The notes under the pieces are model-generated. The model was given only the letters and a program-made list of their open reading frames with translations, did no database searches and was not told the DNA's origin. 64,000 nt of DNA from Acidimicrobiia bacterium (GTDB lineage: Bacteria; Actinomycetota; Acidimicrobiia; Spongiisociales; ZC4RG35): assembly GCA_028285585.1 (NCBI GenBank), contig JANQOU010000004.1, forward strand, positions 20,267-84,266. Direction: 5' to 3'. Of the stretch, positions 55,908-64,000 are shown piece after piece. Position numbers and translations under genes: made by a program. The first letter of the stretch is position 1. Each line of letters starts with the position of its first letter.

Positions 55908-58900
55908 TGCCGGCGAGACGAGACATCAGATCGATCCTCCTCATCGGCTCGGGCCCGATCATCATCGGTCAGGCCTGCGAGTTCGACTACTCGGGCACAC
56001 AGGCGGCGAAGGTTCTTCGCTCGGAGGGCTATCGGGTCATCCTCGTGAACTCGAACCCGGCGACGATCATGACCGACCCCGAGTTCGCCGATGCCACCTA
56101 CATTGAGCCGATCACTCCGGAAGTGGTGACAGAGATCATCGCGCGAGAGCGGCCGGACGCTCTGCTGCCGACCCTCGGAGGTCAAACCGCTCTCAACGTC
56201 GCATCGGACCTGGCGCGTTCGGGAGTCCTCGAGGAGCACGGAGTCGAGCTGATCGGGGCCGGGCTGGAGGCCATCGATCGAGCCGAGGACCGTGGCAGGT
56301 TCAAAGAGACCATGGAGGAGTGGGGCCTAGACGTCCCTAGAGCGGGATACGCCCGCTCGATGGCGGAAGCGGTCAAGATCGCCAGAGAGATCGGGTTCCC
56401 GGTGATGGTGCGGCCTTCGTTCATCCTCGGGGGCGGGGGAACTGGCATCGCCGAAGACGAGGAGCAGTTCCTCGAGATCGCCAAGCACGGCCTCGACACC
56501 TCACCGGTCAGCGAGATCCTCGTCGAGGAGTCCGTCTACGGCTGGAAGGAGTACGAGCTCGAGGTGATGCGCGACCGCGCCGGCAATGCGGTCATTGTCT
56601 GCTCCATCGAGAACCTCGATCCCATGGGCGTCCACACAGGAGATTCGATAACGGTCGCTCCTATCCAGACACTGTCTGACCGCGAATACCAGCAGATGAG
56701 GGACGAGGGGATCGCAGTCCTTCAAGCCATTGGTGTTGAGACCGGAGGGTCCAACGTTCAGTTCGCCGTCGACCCCAAGACCGGCCGGCGCCTGGTGATC
56801 GAGATGAACCCGCGAGTGAGCAGGTCGTCTGCACTCGCGTCGAAAGCCACCGGCTTCCCGATCGCCAAAATCGCCGCGCTTCTGTCTGTGGGTTACACAC
56901 TCGACGAGATCGCAAACGACATCACCGGAGCCACACCCGCGTCATTCGAGCCAGCTCTCGACTACGTGGTGGTCAAGATTCCCCGGTTCGACTTCGCCAA
57001 GTTCCCCTCGGCGTCGACGACGTTGGGCACCTCGATGCGAAGTGTCGGAGAGGCCATGGCCATTGGCCGGACGTTCCCCGAGGCGCTTCAGAAGGCGCTG
57101 AGGTCGCTCGAGAACGGTCGAGGGGGGCTCAACGCAGACCCGGCGGAGGAGACACTGCTCGCACTGGGAGATGAGGAGTTGGCGGATGCCGTCACAACTC
57201 CCACCCCTGACCGGATCTACGCGATGGGCGAGGCTCTGCGCCGGGGATGGGCCGTCGAGAAAGTGGCTTCGCTCTCGTACGTCGATCCGTGGTTCGTCGA
57301 CCAGATGGCAGAGATCACAGAGCTCCGCAAGGAGTTGGAGCTTGACTCGGGTGACGAGCTGCTGCGAGAGGCGAAGCGATTCGGCTTCTCCGACCGCCAG
57401 CTCGCCCACCTCTGGGATCGAGAAGAGTCGGAGGTGCGGTCCGCCCGCCTTCACGCCGGGTTGGCCAGGACCTACAAGACGGTCGACACATGCGCTGCCG
57501 AGTTTGAAGCCTCTACCCCGTACATGTACGGCACATTCGAGGACGAGACCGAGGTTCTGCCCGCCGAGAAGCCTCGCGTCGTCGTCCTCGGCTCCGGGCC
57601 TAATCGGATCGGGCAGGGGATCGAGTTCGATTACTGCTGTGTCCACGCCAGCTTCGCTCTTCGAGAAGCCGGATACGAGACCGTGATGGTCAACTGCAAC
57701 CCCGAGACGGTGTCAACCGACTATGACACCTCGGACCGGCTCTATTTTGAGCCACTCACCACTGAAGACGTGCTTGCCGTGATCGACGCGGAGAAGCCCG
57801 ATGCGGTGATCGTGCAGCTTGGCGGGCAAACCCCGTTGAACCTCGCCGAGTCACTGCAATCGGCTGGTGTCAACATCGCCGGGACCTCTCCTGAGTCGAT
57901 CGCCAAAGCCGAGGACAGGGAGCAGTTCGCCGAGATCTGCCGCAACCTGGGTCTGAAACAGCCACCGGCGGGCACGGCCACGAGTGCCGCAGAGGCCGAG
58001 GAAGTCGTCGACCAGATCGGCCTTCCGGTGATGGTGCGCCCGTCGTTTGTGCTCGGTGGCCGCAGGATGAAGGTGGTCTACGACTTGGAAGAGCTCGCAG
58101 GCTATGTAGGGGAGATCTACGGGGAGCGTGACCCAGAGCTGGTTTCGAGCCCGATCCTCATCGACCGCTTCCTCGAGTCCGCGGTGGAAGTGGATGTCGA
58201 CGCCGTCTACGACGGGTCAGAGTTGCTGATCGGCGGTGTCATGGAGCACGTCGAGGAGGCGGGTGTGCACTCTGGCGATTCTGGGTGTGTGACGCCACCT
58301 CCGACGATCTCCGATGAAGCTCACAAGGAGATTCTCAGGGGAACTCGCGAGCTGGCGACCGCCCTCGAAGTGCGGGGTCTCATCAACATCCAATTCGCAG
58401 TCAAGGGTGATGACGTGTTTGTGCTCGAAGCCAATCCACGTGGCAGCCGCACCGTTCCTTTCATCTCCAAAGCGAAAGGGATACCTCTGGCCAGAGTTGC
58501 CGCAAGGGTGATGATGGGGTCCACGCTGGAAGAGCTGCGCGAAGAGGGAGTCTTGCCCGCCACCAAGGCGGAGGCCGACTTCGTGGCCGTCAAAGATGCC
58601 GTGCTGCCATGGGATCGATTCCCAGAAGAGGACTCGGTGCTCGGCCCGGAGATGAAAGCTACCGGTGAGGTGATGGGCATCGGCTCCGACGTTGGTGTTG
58701 CCTACGGCAAGGCCTTGCTCGGCGCAGGAAACGTGCTCGCCGACCGAGGAAATGTGTTCCTGTCGTTCGCGGACCGCGACAAGCCGCTCGGCCTAGCGGT
58801 GGCCCAGGCTTTCACAATGCTCGGCTTCAACATCGTCGCGACCGGCGGCACAGCGCGCTACCTGCGCCATCACGCCATAGAGGCAGAGTCGGTGCCCAAG

Positions 58901-59143
58901 ATCGGTGAAGGCCCGAGAGACATCGGCGAGCGAGTTGAGAATGGTGAGATCCAGCTGGTCATCAACACCCCTAGGGGTGGGCGCGCCCGATCGGATGGAA
59001 AGACGATTCGTCGGACTGCGCGTCGGCACTTCATACCCTGCGTGACCACCATTCAGGGCGGGCTCGCGGTGGCACGCAGCCTCCGAGCCGGCCCCGGAGC
59101 GATCCACAAGCCGCGAAGTCTTCAGGAATGGCACCGGACTTAG
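55907..59143 (+). CDS. carB: Carbamoyl-phosphate synthase large subunit
   Basis: [20 protein letters not shown] and [10 protein letters not shown]. Confidence 0.98.
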   Translation: MPARRDIRSILLIGSGPIIIGQACEFDYSGTQAAKVLRSEGYRVILVNSNPATIMTDPEFADATYIEPITPEVVTEIIARERPDALLPTLGGQTALNVASDLARSGVLEEHGVELIGAGLEAIDRAEDRGRFKETMEEWGLDVPRAGYARSMAEAVKIAREIGFPVMVRPSFILGGGGTGIAEDEEQFLEIAKHGLDTSPVSEILVEESVYGWKEYELEVMRDRAGNAVIVCSIENLDPMGVHTGDSITVAPIQTLSDREYQQMRDEGIAVLQAIGVETGGSNVQFAVDPKTGRRLVIEMNPRVSRSSALASKATGFPIAKIAALLSVGYTLDEIANDITGATPASFEPALDYVVVKIPRFDFAKFPSASTTLGTSMRSVGEAMAIGRTFPEALQKALRSLENGRGGLNADPAEETLLALGDEELADAVTTPTPDRIYAMGEALRRGWAVEKVASLSYVDPWFVDQMAEITELRKELELDSGDELLREAKRFGFSDRQLAHLWDREESEVRSARLHAGLARTYKTVDTCAAEFEASTPYMYGTFEDETEVLPAEKPRVVVLGSGPNRIGQGIEFDYCCVHASFALREAGYETVMVNCNPETVSTDYDTSDRLYFEPLTTEDVLAVIDAEKPDAVIVQLGGQTPLNLAESLQSAGVNIAGTSPESIAKAEDREQFAEICRNLGLKQPPAGTATSAAEAEEVVDQIGLPVMVRPSFVLGGRRMKVVYDLEELAGYVGEIYGERDPELVSSPILIDRFLESAVEVDVDAVYDGSELLIGGVMEHVEEAGVHSGDSGCVTPPPTISDEAHKEILRGTRELATALEVRGLINIQFAVKGDDVFVLEANPRGSRTVPFISKAKGIPLARVAARVMMGSTLEELREEGVLPATKAEADFVAVKDAVLPWDRFPEEDSVLGPEMKATGEVMGIGSDVGVAYGKALLGAGNVLADRGNVFLSFADRDKPLGLAVAQAFTMLGFNIVATGGTARYLRHHAIEAESVPKIGEGPRDIGERVENGEIQLVINTPRGGRARSDGKTIRRTARRHFIPCVTTIQGGLAVARSLRAGPGAIHKPRSLQEWHRT

Positions 59144-60042
59144 CCGTTCAGCTCGGAGATTTGCGGCTGCGCAGCCCGTTGATCGCCGCCTCCGGCACGG
59201 TTGGCTCGGTGTGGGAGTGGGCCGATGTGGCCGACGTTTCTGTCTTTGGGGCAGCTGTCGCCAAGTCGGTAGCGCCCGAGGAATGGCCAGGGCGTCCCCA
59301 GCCCCGCGTGGCGCCGACGGGCACCGGGATGCTCAACGGGATCGGCATCCAGAACCCGGGCATCGCCGCATGGGTCGAGAAGATGAGGCCCGCCATCCCA
59401 ATGCTGGACGTCCCGGTTTGGGGCTCCGCGGTAGCCGGCGACCCGGAAGGTTTCGCCATCGTGGCGAAACAGCTGGTCGAAGCGGGTGTGACGGCGGTAG
59501 AGCTGAATCTCTCTTGCCCAAACTTGGAGGAGGGTCATCTCTTCTCGTTCAGCGACTCGGCGAGTGCTGCTGTCGTCAGTGCCGCACGAGGCGCAGTCAA
59601 TGTGCCGATAGGCGCCAAGTTGTCACCGAACACACCTGAGATCGTCGAGGTTGCCGATGCTTGCCTTCAAGCGGGTGCCGACTTCCTGGTGCTCACCAAC
59701 ACGGCGTTCGGGTTCGGGCTTGATCCTGAGACGTCGAGGCCTTTGCTCAGCGGCGGAGTCGGCGGCTACTCGGGGCCCGGCCTCAAGCCGATCTCACTGC
59801 GTTGCGTCTACGAAGTCGCTCAGGCGCTTCCGGACGCCAAGATCGTCGGGTGTGGCGGCATAAGCAGCGGCAGGGATGTAGTCGAGTACCTGATGGCAGG
59901 CGCATCGGCGGTGGAGATCGGCACTGTCTTGCTCGCCGAGCCAGAGGCGGGAAAGCGGATCTCACGAGAGCTGGATGATGAGCTGAGTCGCCTGGGAGCT
60001 GACTCGGTCTCGGACATCATCCGGAGTGTCGAGTCATGGTGA
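59128..60042 (+). CDS. pyrD: Dihydroorotate dehydrogenase, family 1 catalytic subunit
   Basis: [26 protein letters not shown] and GGYSG. Confidence 0.9.
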   Translation: MAPDLAVQLGDLRLRSPLIAASGTVGSVWEWADVADVSVFGAAVAKSVAPEEWPGRPQPRVAPTGTGMLNGIGIQNPGIAAWVEKMRPAIPMLDVPVWGSAVAGDPEGFAIVAKQLVEAGVTAVELNLSCPNLEEGHLFSFSDSASAAVVSAARGAVNVPIGAKLSPNTPEIVEVADACLQAGADFLVLTNTAFGFGLDPETSRPLLSGGVGGYSGPGLKPISLRCVYEVAQALPDAKIVGCGGISSGRDVVEYLMAGASAVEIGTVLLAEPEAGKRISRELDDELSRLGADSVSDIIRSVESW

Positions 60043-60740
60043 ACCCAGTACTCGTTGCCCTGGACACACCCGAGCTCGACGAGGCTCGTCGTTTGGCTGA
60101 AGACCTGGTGTCCGTGGTGGGCGGCTTCAAGGTTGGGCTCGAGATGATCATGGCCAACGGCCCCAGTGCCGTATCAGACATCGCCTTGTTGGGTTTGCCG
60201 GTGTTCGCTGATGTGAAGCTGCACGACATCCCCAACACAGTCGAGAAAGCCGCGTCGCAGCTCGCCCGGCGTGGTGCGAGGTGGATCACGGTCCATGCGA
60301 GTGGTGGCGGGAAGATGATCTCGGCAGCTGTGGCTGGCTTGGAGCACGGTGGTGCCGCTCACACAGGAGTCTTGGCGGTGACGGTGCTGACCTCGCTCGA
60401 CCAATCCGACCTCGTCGCGATCGGAGTCGAGCGGTCCGTCGAAGAGCAGGTGGCGGAGTTGGCGCATCTCGCCGGCGAGCAAGGAGCCGAGGGCGTGATC
60501 TGCTCTCCTCGTGAAGTCGGTGTTGTCAAGAGTCATGCGTCGAAGCTGCTCGCTGTCACACCAGGGGTGAGGCTGGACGAAGGTGATAGTCACGATCAGA
60601 AGAGGGTCACCACGCCCGTGGCAGCCATGGAGGCTGGTGCCGACTTGCTGGTGATCGGAAGGCCGATCACGGCCAGTGAGGCACCGGCGGAGTCGGCTGG
60701 TCGCATCGTCGAGTCGCTCCGATTGGGCGGGCACTTCTAA
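60036..60740 (+). CDS. pyrF: Orotidine-5'-phosphate decarboxylase
   Basis: FKVG, DVKLHDIPNT and TPGVR. Confidence 0.96.
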   Translation: MVNPVLVALDTPELDEARRLAEDLVSVVGGFKVGLEMIMANGPSAVSDIALLGLPVFADVKLHDIPNTVEKAASQLARRGARWITVHASGGGKMISAAVAGLEHGGAAHTGVLAVTVLTSLDQSDLVAIGVERSVEEQVAELAHLAGEQGAEGVICSPREVGVVKSHASKLLAVTPGVRLDEGDSHDQKRVTTPVAAMEAGADLLVIGRPITASEAPAESAGRIVESLRLGGHF

Positions 60741-60816
60741 CCAGCCCTTCCGTTGTTGCGTTGTTATGGTCGGCAACGGCCGATGGCGGGGCGGCCCGAA
60801 CTCGAGGAGAGAGGAC

Positions 60817-61131
60817 ATGGCACAGCCACCACAATTGACAGACGAGCAGCGTCGCCAGGCTCTGGCAAAGGCCGCCGAGGCGCGACGTGTTCGAGCTGAG
60901 ACCAAAGAGCTTCTCAAGACCGGCTCATTGAGTCTCGCCGAGCTGTTTGAGCAGGCCGAGAGCGACGAGCTGATCGCCGGCCTGAAAGTCGAGTCGCTTC
61001 TTGCAGCGATGCCCGGCACAGGCAAGATCAAGGCGAAGCGACTGATGGAGAGCGTCGGAATAGCCGAGAACCGGCGAATCCGCGGACTGGGAGAGAATCA
61101 GAGGGAGACCCTTCTGCAAGAATTCGCCTGA
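60817..61131 (+). CDS. mihF: Actinobacterial integration host factor
   Basis: LTDEQRRQALAKAAEARRVRAE and RRIRGLG. SD GAGGA. Confidence 0.93.
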   Translation: MAQPPQLTDEQRRQALAKAAEARRVRAETKELLKTGSLSLAELFEQAESDELIAGLKVESLLAAMPGTGKIKAKRLMESVGIAENRRIRGLGENQRETLLQEFA

Positions 61132-61676
61132 TGATCGTCACCATCTCGGGGCGGCCGGGCTCCGGGAAGAGCGCGGTGGCAAAGCGGGTAGCCGAAGCGC
61201 TCGATGTTCGTCATGTGTCTGCCGGGGACTTCATGAGAGAGATGGCCGCAGAGCGCGGGTTGTCGATCCTTGAGCTGTCCAGGTCGGCAGAGGGAACCGA
61301 TGCCATCGACCGTGAGATTGACGCTCGCACGGCTCGCCTCGCCGGCGAGGGCGCCAGCTTTGTTATCGACGCGCGACTCGGATGGCACTTTGTCCCTGTG
61401 TCGCTCAAGGTATTCCTCGATGTGTCCCTGGCTGAAGCCACCCGGCGGGTGTTCGACGCCGCCCGCGGGTCCGAGGTGGAGAACGTCGATCTCGCTGCGA
61501 CGAGAGCAGCCATCGAGGAGCGAACCGAGTCAGAGCGAATCCGCTATCTCGACTACTACGACCTCGACTACACCGATCACAGCCACTACGACCTGGTCAT
61601 CGACACTTCGCAGATGACGGTTGATGATGTCGTCGACCGGGTGCTCGCTGGCTTGGGTGCCGTTGAGTCCTTGTAG
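61131..61676 (+). CDS. Archaeal-type (d)CMP kinase family P-loop NMP kinase (COG1102-like) occupying the gmk position
   Basis: ITISG-PGSGKS, SAGDFMREMA, IDREID, DARLG, SERIRY..YY and YDLVIDTS. No Gmk GMP-binding SxTTRxxRxGE motif. Confidence 0.85.
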   Translation: MIVTISGRPGSGKSAVAKRVAEALDVRHVSAGDFMREMAAERGLSILELSRSAEGTDAIDREIDARTARLAGEGASFVIDARLGWHFVPVSLKVFLDVSLAEATRRVFDAARGSEVENVDLAATRAAIEERTESERIRYLDYYDLDYTDHSHYDLVIDTSQMTVDDVVDRVLAGLGAVESL

Positions 61677-61721
61677 AAGGGGTCGGTGCAGTAACCTGAG
61701 GTTTCCGCTGCTGAGGATTCA

Positions 61722-61943
61722 ATGAAGCTCGAAGACGTCATCGACCAAATAGGCAACCGCTTTGCGACCGTGGTGGTCTCGGCTCGTCGCGCACGCCAGA
61801 TCAACAGCTATTTTCATCAGCTGGGAGTCGGGTACGGCGAGTATGTCCCGCCTCAGGTCCACTCCCTCTCACGCAAGCCTCTGACCATCGCCATGGAGGA
61901 GATTGCCGAAGGCAAAGTCGCGGTCGAGACCGTCGAGGAGTAG
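61722..61943 (+). CDS. rpoZ: RNA polymerase omega subunit
   Basis: ARRARQINSY and KPLTIAMEEI. Confidence 0.92.
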   Translation: MKLEDVIDQIGNRFATVVVSARRARQINSYFHQLGVGYGEYVPPQVHSLSRKPLTIAMEEIAEGKVAVETVEE

Positions 61944-63125
61944 ATGCTCGACGGCCGGCGAGTTTTGCTCGCCGTCACCGGGGGCGTAGCCGCATACAAG
62001 TCGGCTTATCTAGCCAGGCGGCTGATCGAGTCTGGTGCCGAGGTCAAGGTGATCCTGACCGAGTCCGCTCAGGAGTTCATCGGCGCTCAAACTTTCGCCG
62101 CAATCACTGGTGATCGCCCTTACACCAGCCTCTTCTCAGATGAGCGATCAGTTTCGCCACACACCGAGTTGGCGCGCTGGGCACATGTCATCGTCATCGC
62201 ACCGGCGACTGCGGCGACCATAGGCAAAGTCGCCAGCGGCATCTCGTCTGATCTGGTCTCAGCAACCTTGCTGGCTGCGCAACGTCCGGTGCTCGTTGCG
62301 CCGGCAATGCACACTGAGATGTGGGAGCACGCATCAACTCAACGAAACATTGAGCAACTCGAGGCCGACGGCTACGAGATGGTGGGACCGTTCGAGGGGC
62401 CGCTCGCCGGCGGCGATGTCGGTATCGGCCGTGTTGCCGAGCCCGACGAGGTCGTCGCGCGGTTGAAAGAGCTGATGGGCACGCCAGACAACGCGAAGCG
62501 GCTCCTGGTGACCGCAGGTGGCACACGCGAGGCGATCGATCCTGTGCGGTACGTCGGCAACCGATCGAGCGGGAAGATGGGTCACGCCATAGCCAATGAA
62601 GGAGCAGGGCGCGGTATGGCCGTGACCTTGGTGACCACCTCGGATGAGCCAGTGTCTGCCGGGGTGAAAGTGACACGCGTCGAGTCGGCTCAGGAGATGC
62701 TCGAAGCGGTAGCGGCGGTTGAGGCTGACGTAGCGGTGATGGCGGCGGCCGTTGCGGACTTCAAGCCGTCGGACCCGAGCTCGGGCAAGTTGGCGCGCTC
62801 TGACGGATTGGAGTCGATCACATTGGAGCCAACACCTGACATTCTCGCCTCCGTCGTGGCTCGCGATGAGCCTCCGTTCGTTGTTGGCTTTGCGGCTGAG
62901 ACCGGTGGCGTCGAGCGAGCAGTAGCCAAGGCGAAACGGAAGAACGTCGACCTGCTCGTCTACAACGACGTGACGGAGGAAGGCTCCGGGTTTGGGACCG
63001 ACACCAATCGTGTTGTGATCGTTAATCGGGCCGGAGACACGGATGAGTGGCCGATGCTCACCAAACAAGAGGTGGCCGCGGACCTCATCAGCTTGGTTTT
63101 ATCCGAGATCAATCCACAGGGTTAG
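61944..63125 (+). CDS. coaBC: Phosphopantothenoylcysteine decarboxylase/synthetase
   Basis: GGVAAYK, APAMH, TAGGTRE.IDPVRY.GNRSSGKMG and VGFAAET. Confidence 0.96.
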   Translation: MLDGRRVLLAVTGGVAAYKSAYLARRLIESGAEVKVILTESAQEFIGAQTFAAITGDRPYTSLFSDERSVSPHTELARWAHVIVIAPATAATIGKVASGISSDLVSATLLAAQRPVLVAPAMHTEMWEHASTQRNIEQLEADGYEMVGPFEGPLAGGDVGIGRVAEPDEVVARLKELMGTPDNAKRLLVTAGGTREAIDPVRYVGNRSSGKMGHAIANEGAGRGMAVTLVTTSDEPVSAGVKVTRVESAQEMLEAVAAVEADVAVMAAAVADFKPSDPSSGKLARSDGLESITLEPTPDILASVVARDEPPFVVGFAAETGGVERAVAKAKRKNVDLLVYNDVTEEGSGFGTDTNRVVIVNRAGDTDEWPMLTKQEVAADLISLVLSEINPQG

Positions 63126-63137
63126 GCTCGCACCTCG

Positions 63138-64000
63138 ATGAGGAGCTTCTACTTCACGTCCGAGTCAGTCACTGAAGGGCACCCCGACAAGGTGGCAGAC
63201 GCAGTTTCCGATGCCGTGCTCGACGAGGCGCTGCGTGTCGATCCGCACGCTCGCGTCGCCTGTGAGACCTTCGTCACGACGAGGGTTGCGATTGTCGGCG
63301 GAGAGACCTCGGTGGCAGGCGATCTCGACATCGACGCCATCGTCAGGCGCACCGTGCGCGGGATCGGGTACGACGGGTTCGACGACGACTTTGCTGCTGA
63401 CACGATCGAAGTCCAGAACAGAATTCACAGTCAGAGCGCCGACATCGCCGAGGGCGTGGATAGGGAGCTGGGTGCTGGTGACCAAGGTCTCATGTTCGGG
63501 TTCGCAGTCAACGAGACGGACGAAATGATGCCTCTGCCCATCCAGCTGGCCCATCGTCTCGCCGAGCGGCTCAGCGAGGTGCGGAAGACTGGCCAACTCG
63601 ACTACCTACGACCTGATGGGAAGACCCAGGTGATGGTCAAGTACGAAGACTCCAAGCCGGTGGCTGTGGAGAAGGTGCTGATCTCGACCCACCATGCGGA
63701 AGGCCAGGACCAGCTGTCGATGAAAAGCGACATCGAAGAAGCAGTCGTGCGGGCGGTGGTGCCCGAGGAACTGCTCTCGAAGAGACTCGACTTCATCTTC
63801 AACCCGAGCGGCCGCTTCGAGATAGGTGGCCCTGTTGCCGATACCGGTCTCACCGGACGGAAGATCATCGTCGACACCTACGGTGGGTTTGCCCGGCACG
63901 GCGGAGGTGCTTTCTCCGGAAAAGATGCGACGAAGGTCGATAGGTCCGCCGCATACGCGGCGCGCTCGGCGGCGAAGAATCTGGTGGCGGCCGGCGTCGC
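63138..64000 (+). CDS. metK: S-adenosylmethionine synthetase (runs off window end)
   Basis: [23 protein letters not shown] and GGGAFSGKD, read directly from the DNA. Confidence 0.95.
   Translation, partial: MRSFYFTSESVTEGHPDKVADAVSDAVLDEALRVDPHARVACETFVTTRVAIVGGETSVAGDLDIDAIVRRTVRGIGYDGFDDDFAADTIEVQNRIHSQSADIAEGVDRELGAGDQGLMFGFAVNETDEMMPLPIQLAHRLAERLSEVRKTGQLDYLRPDGKTQVMVKYEDSKPVAVEKVLISTHHAEGQDQLSMKSDIEEAVVRAVVPEELLSKRLDFIFNPSGRFEIGGPVADTGLTGRKIIVDTYGGFARHGGGAFSGKDATKVDRSAAYAARSAAKNLVAAGV

Noticed and set aside
63120-63140. SAM riboswitch upstream of metK
   Set aside because: Only 12 bp between coaBC and metK, so there is no room.

Overview
High-GC actinobacterial chromosome segment, most likely a deep-branching lineage such as Acidimicrobiia. 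This is inferred from mIHF, the pgsA-patA-pimA trio, EF-G2, queA and a family-1 pyrD. About 1-14.7 kb is accessory: a Zur-box-rich zinc locus (GNAT-methyltransferase fusion, CmtR-like repressor plus CDF-like exporter, znuA/B, zur, znuC), cupredoxin/cupin/hydrolase-BTAD genes, a lysE-araC pair bracketed by 49-bp inverted palindromic repeats, a patatin, a small Zn-ribbon protein and an APH-fold protein with a degenerate catalytic loop. From 14.8 to 64 kb runs the conserved actinobacterial supercluster thrS...pgsA-patA-pimA-pdxST-yebC-ruvCAB-(queA-tgt)-yajC-secDF-apt-rel...hisS-aspS-alaS-ruvX-mltG-aroE...aroCKB-efp-nusB-pyrRBC-carAB-pyrDF-mIHF-(kinase)-rpoZ-coaBC-metK. The most notable anomalies are: (1) an archaeal-type 'cytidylate kinase' in the slot normally held by guanylate kinase, a candidate non-orthologous GMP kinase; (2) a NusB fused to an IF2_N-like domain; (3) a vanZ-like insert flanked by diverged ~220-bp duplicates of the yebC end, SOS promoter and ruvC start; (4) REP-like palindromic repeats; (5) widespread leaderless-type promoters. 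No rRNA, tRNA, CRISPR array or transposase was seen. All calls come from motif recognition by eye, with no database searches.
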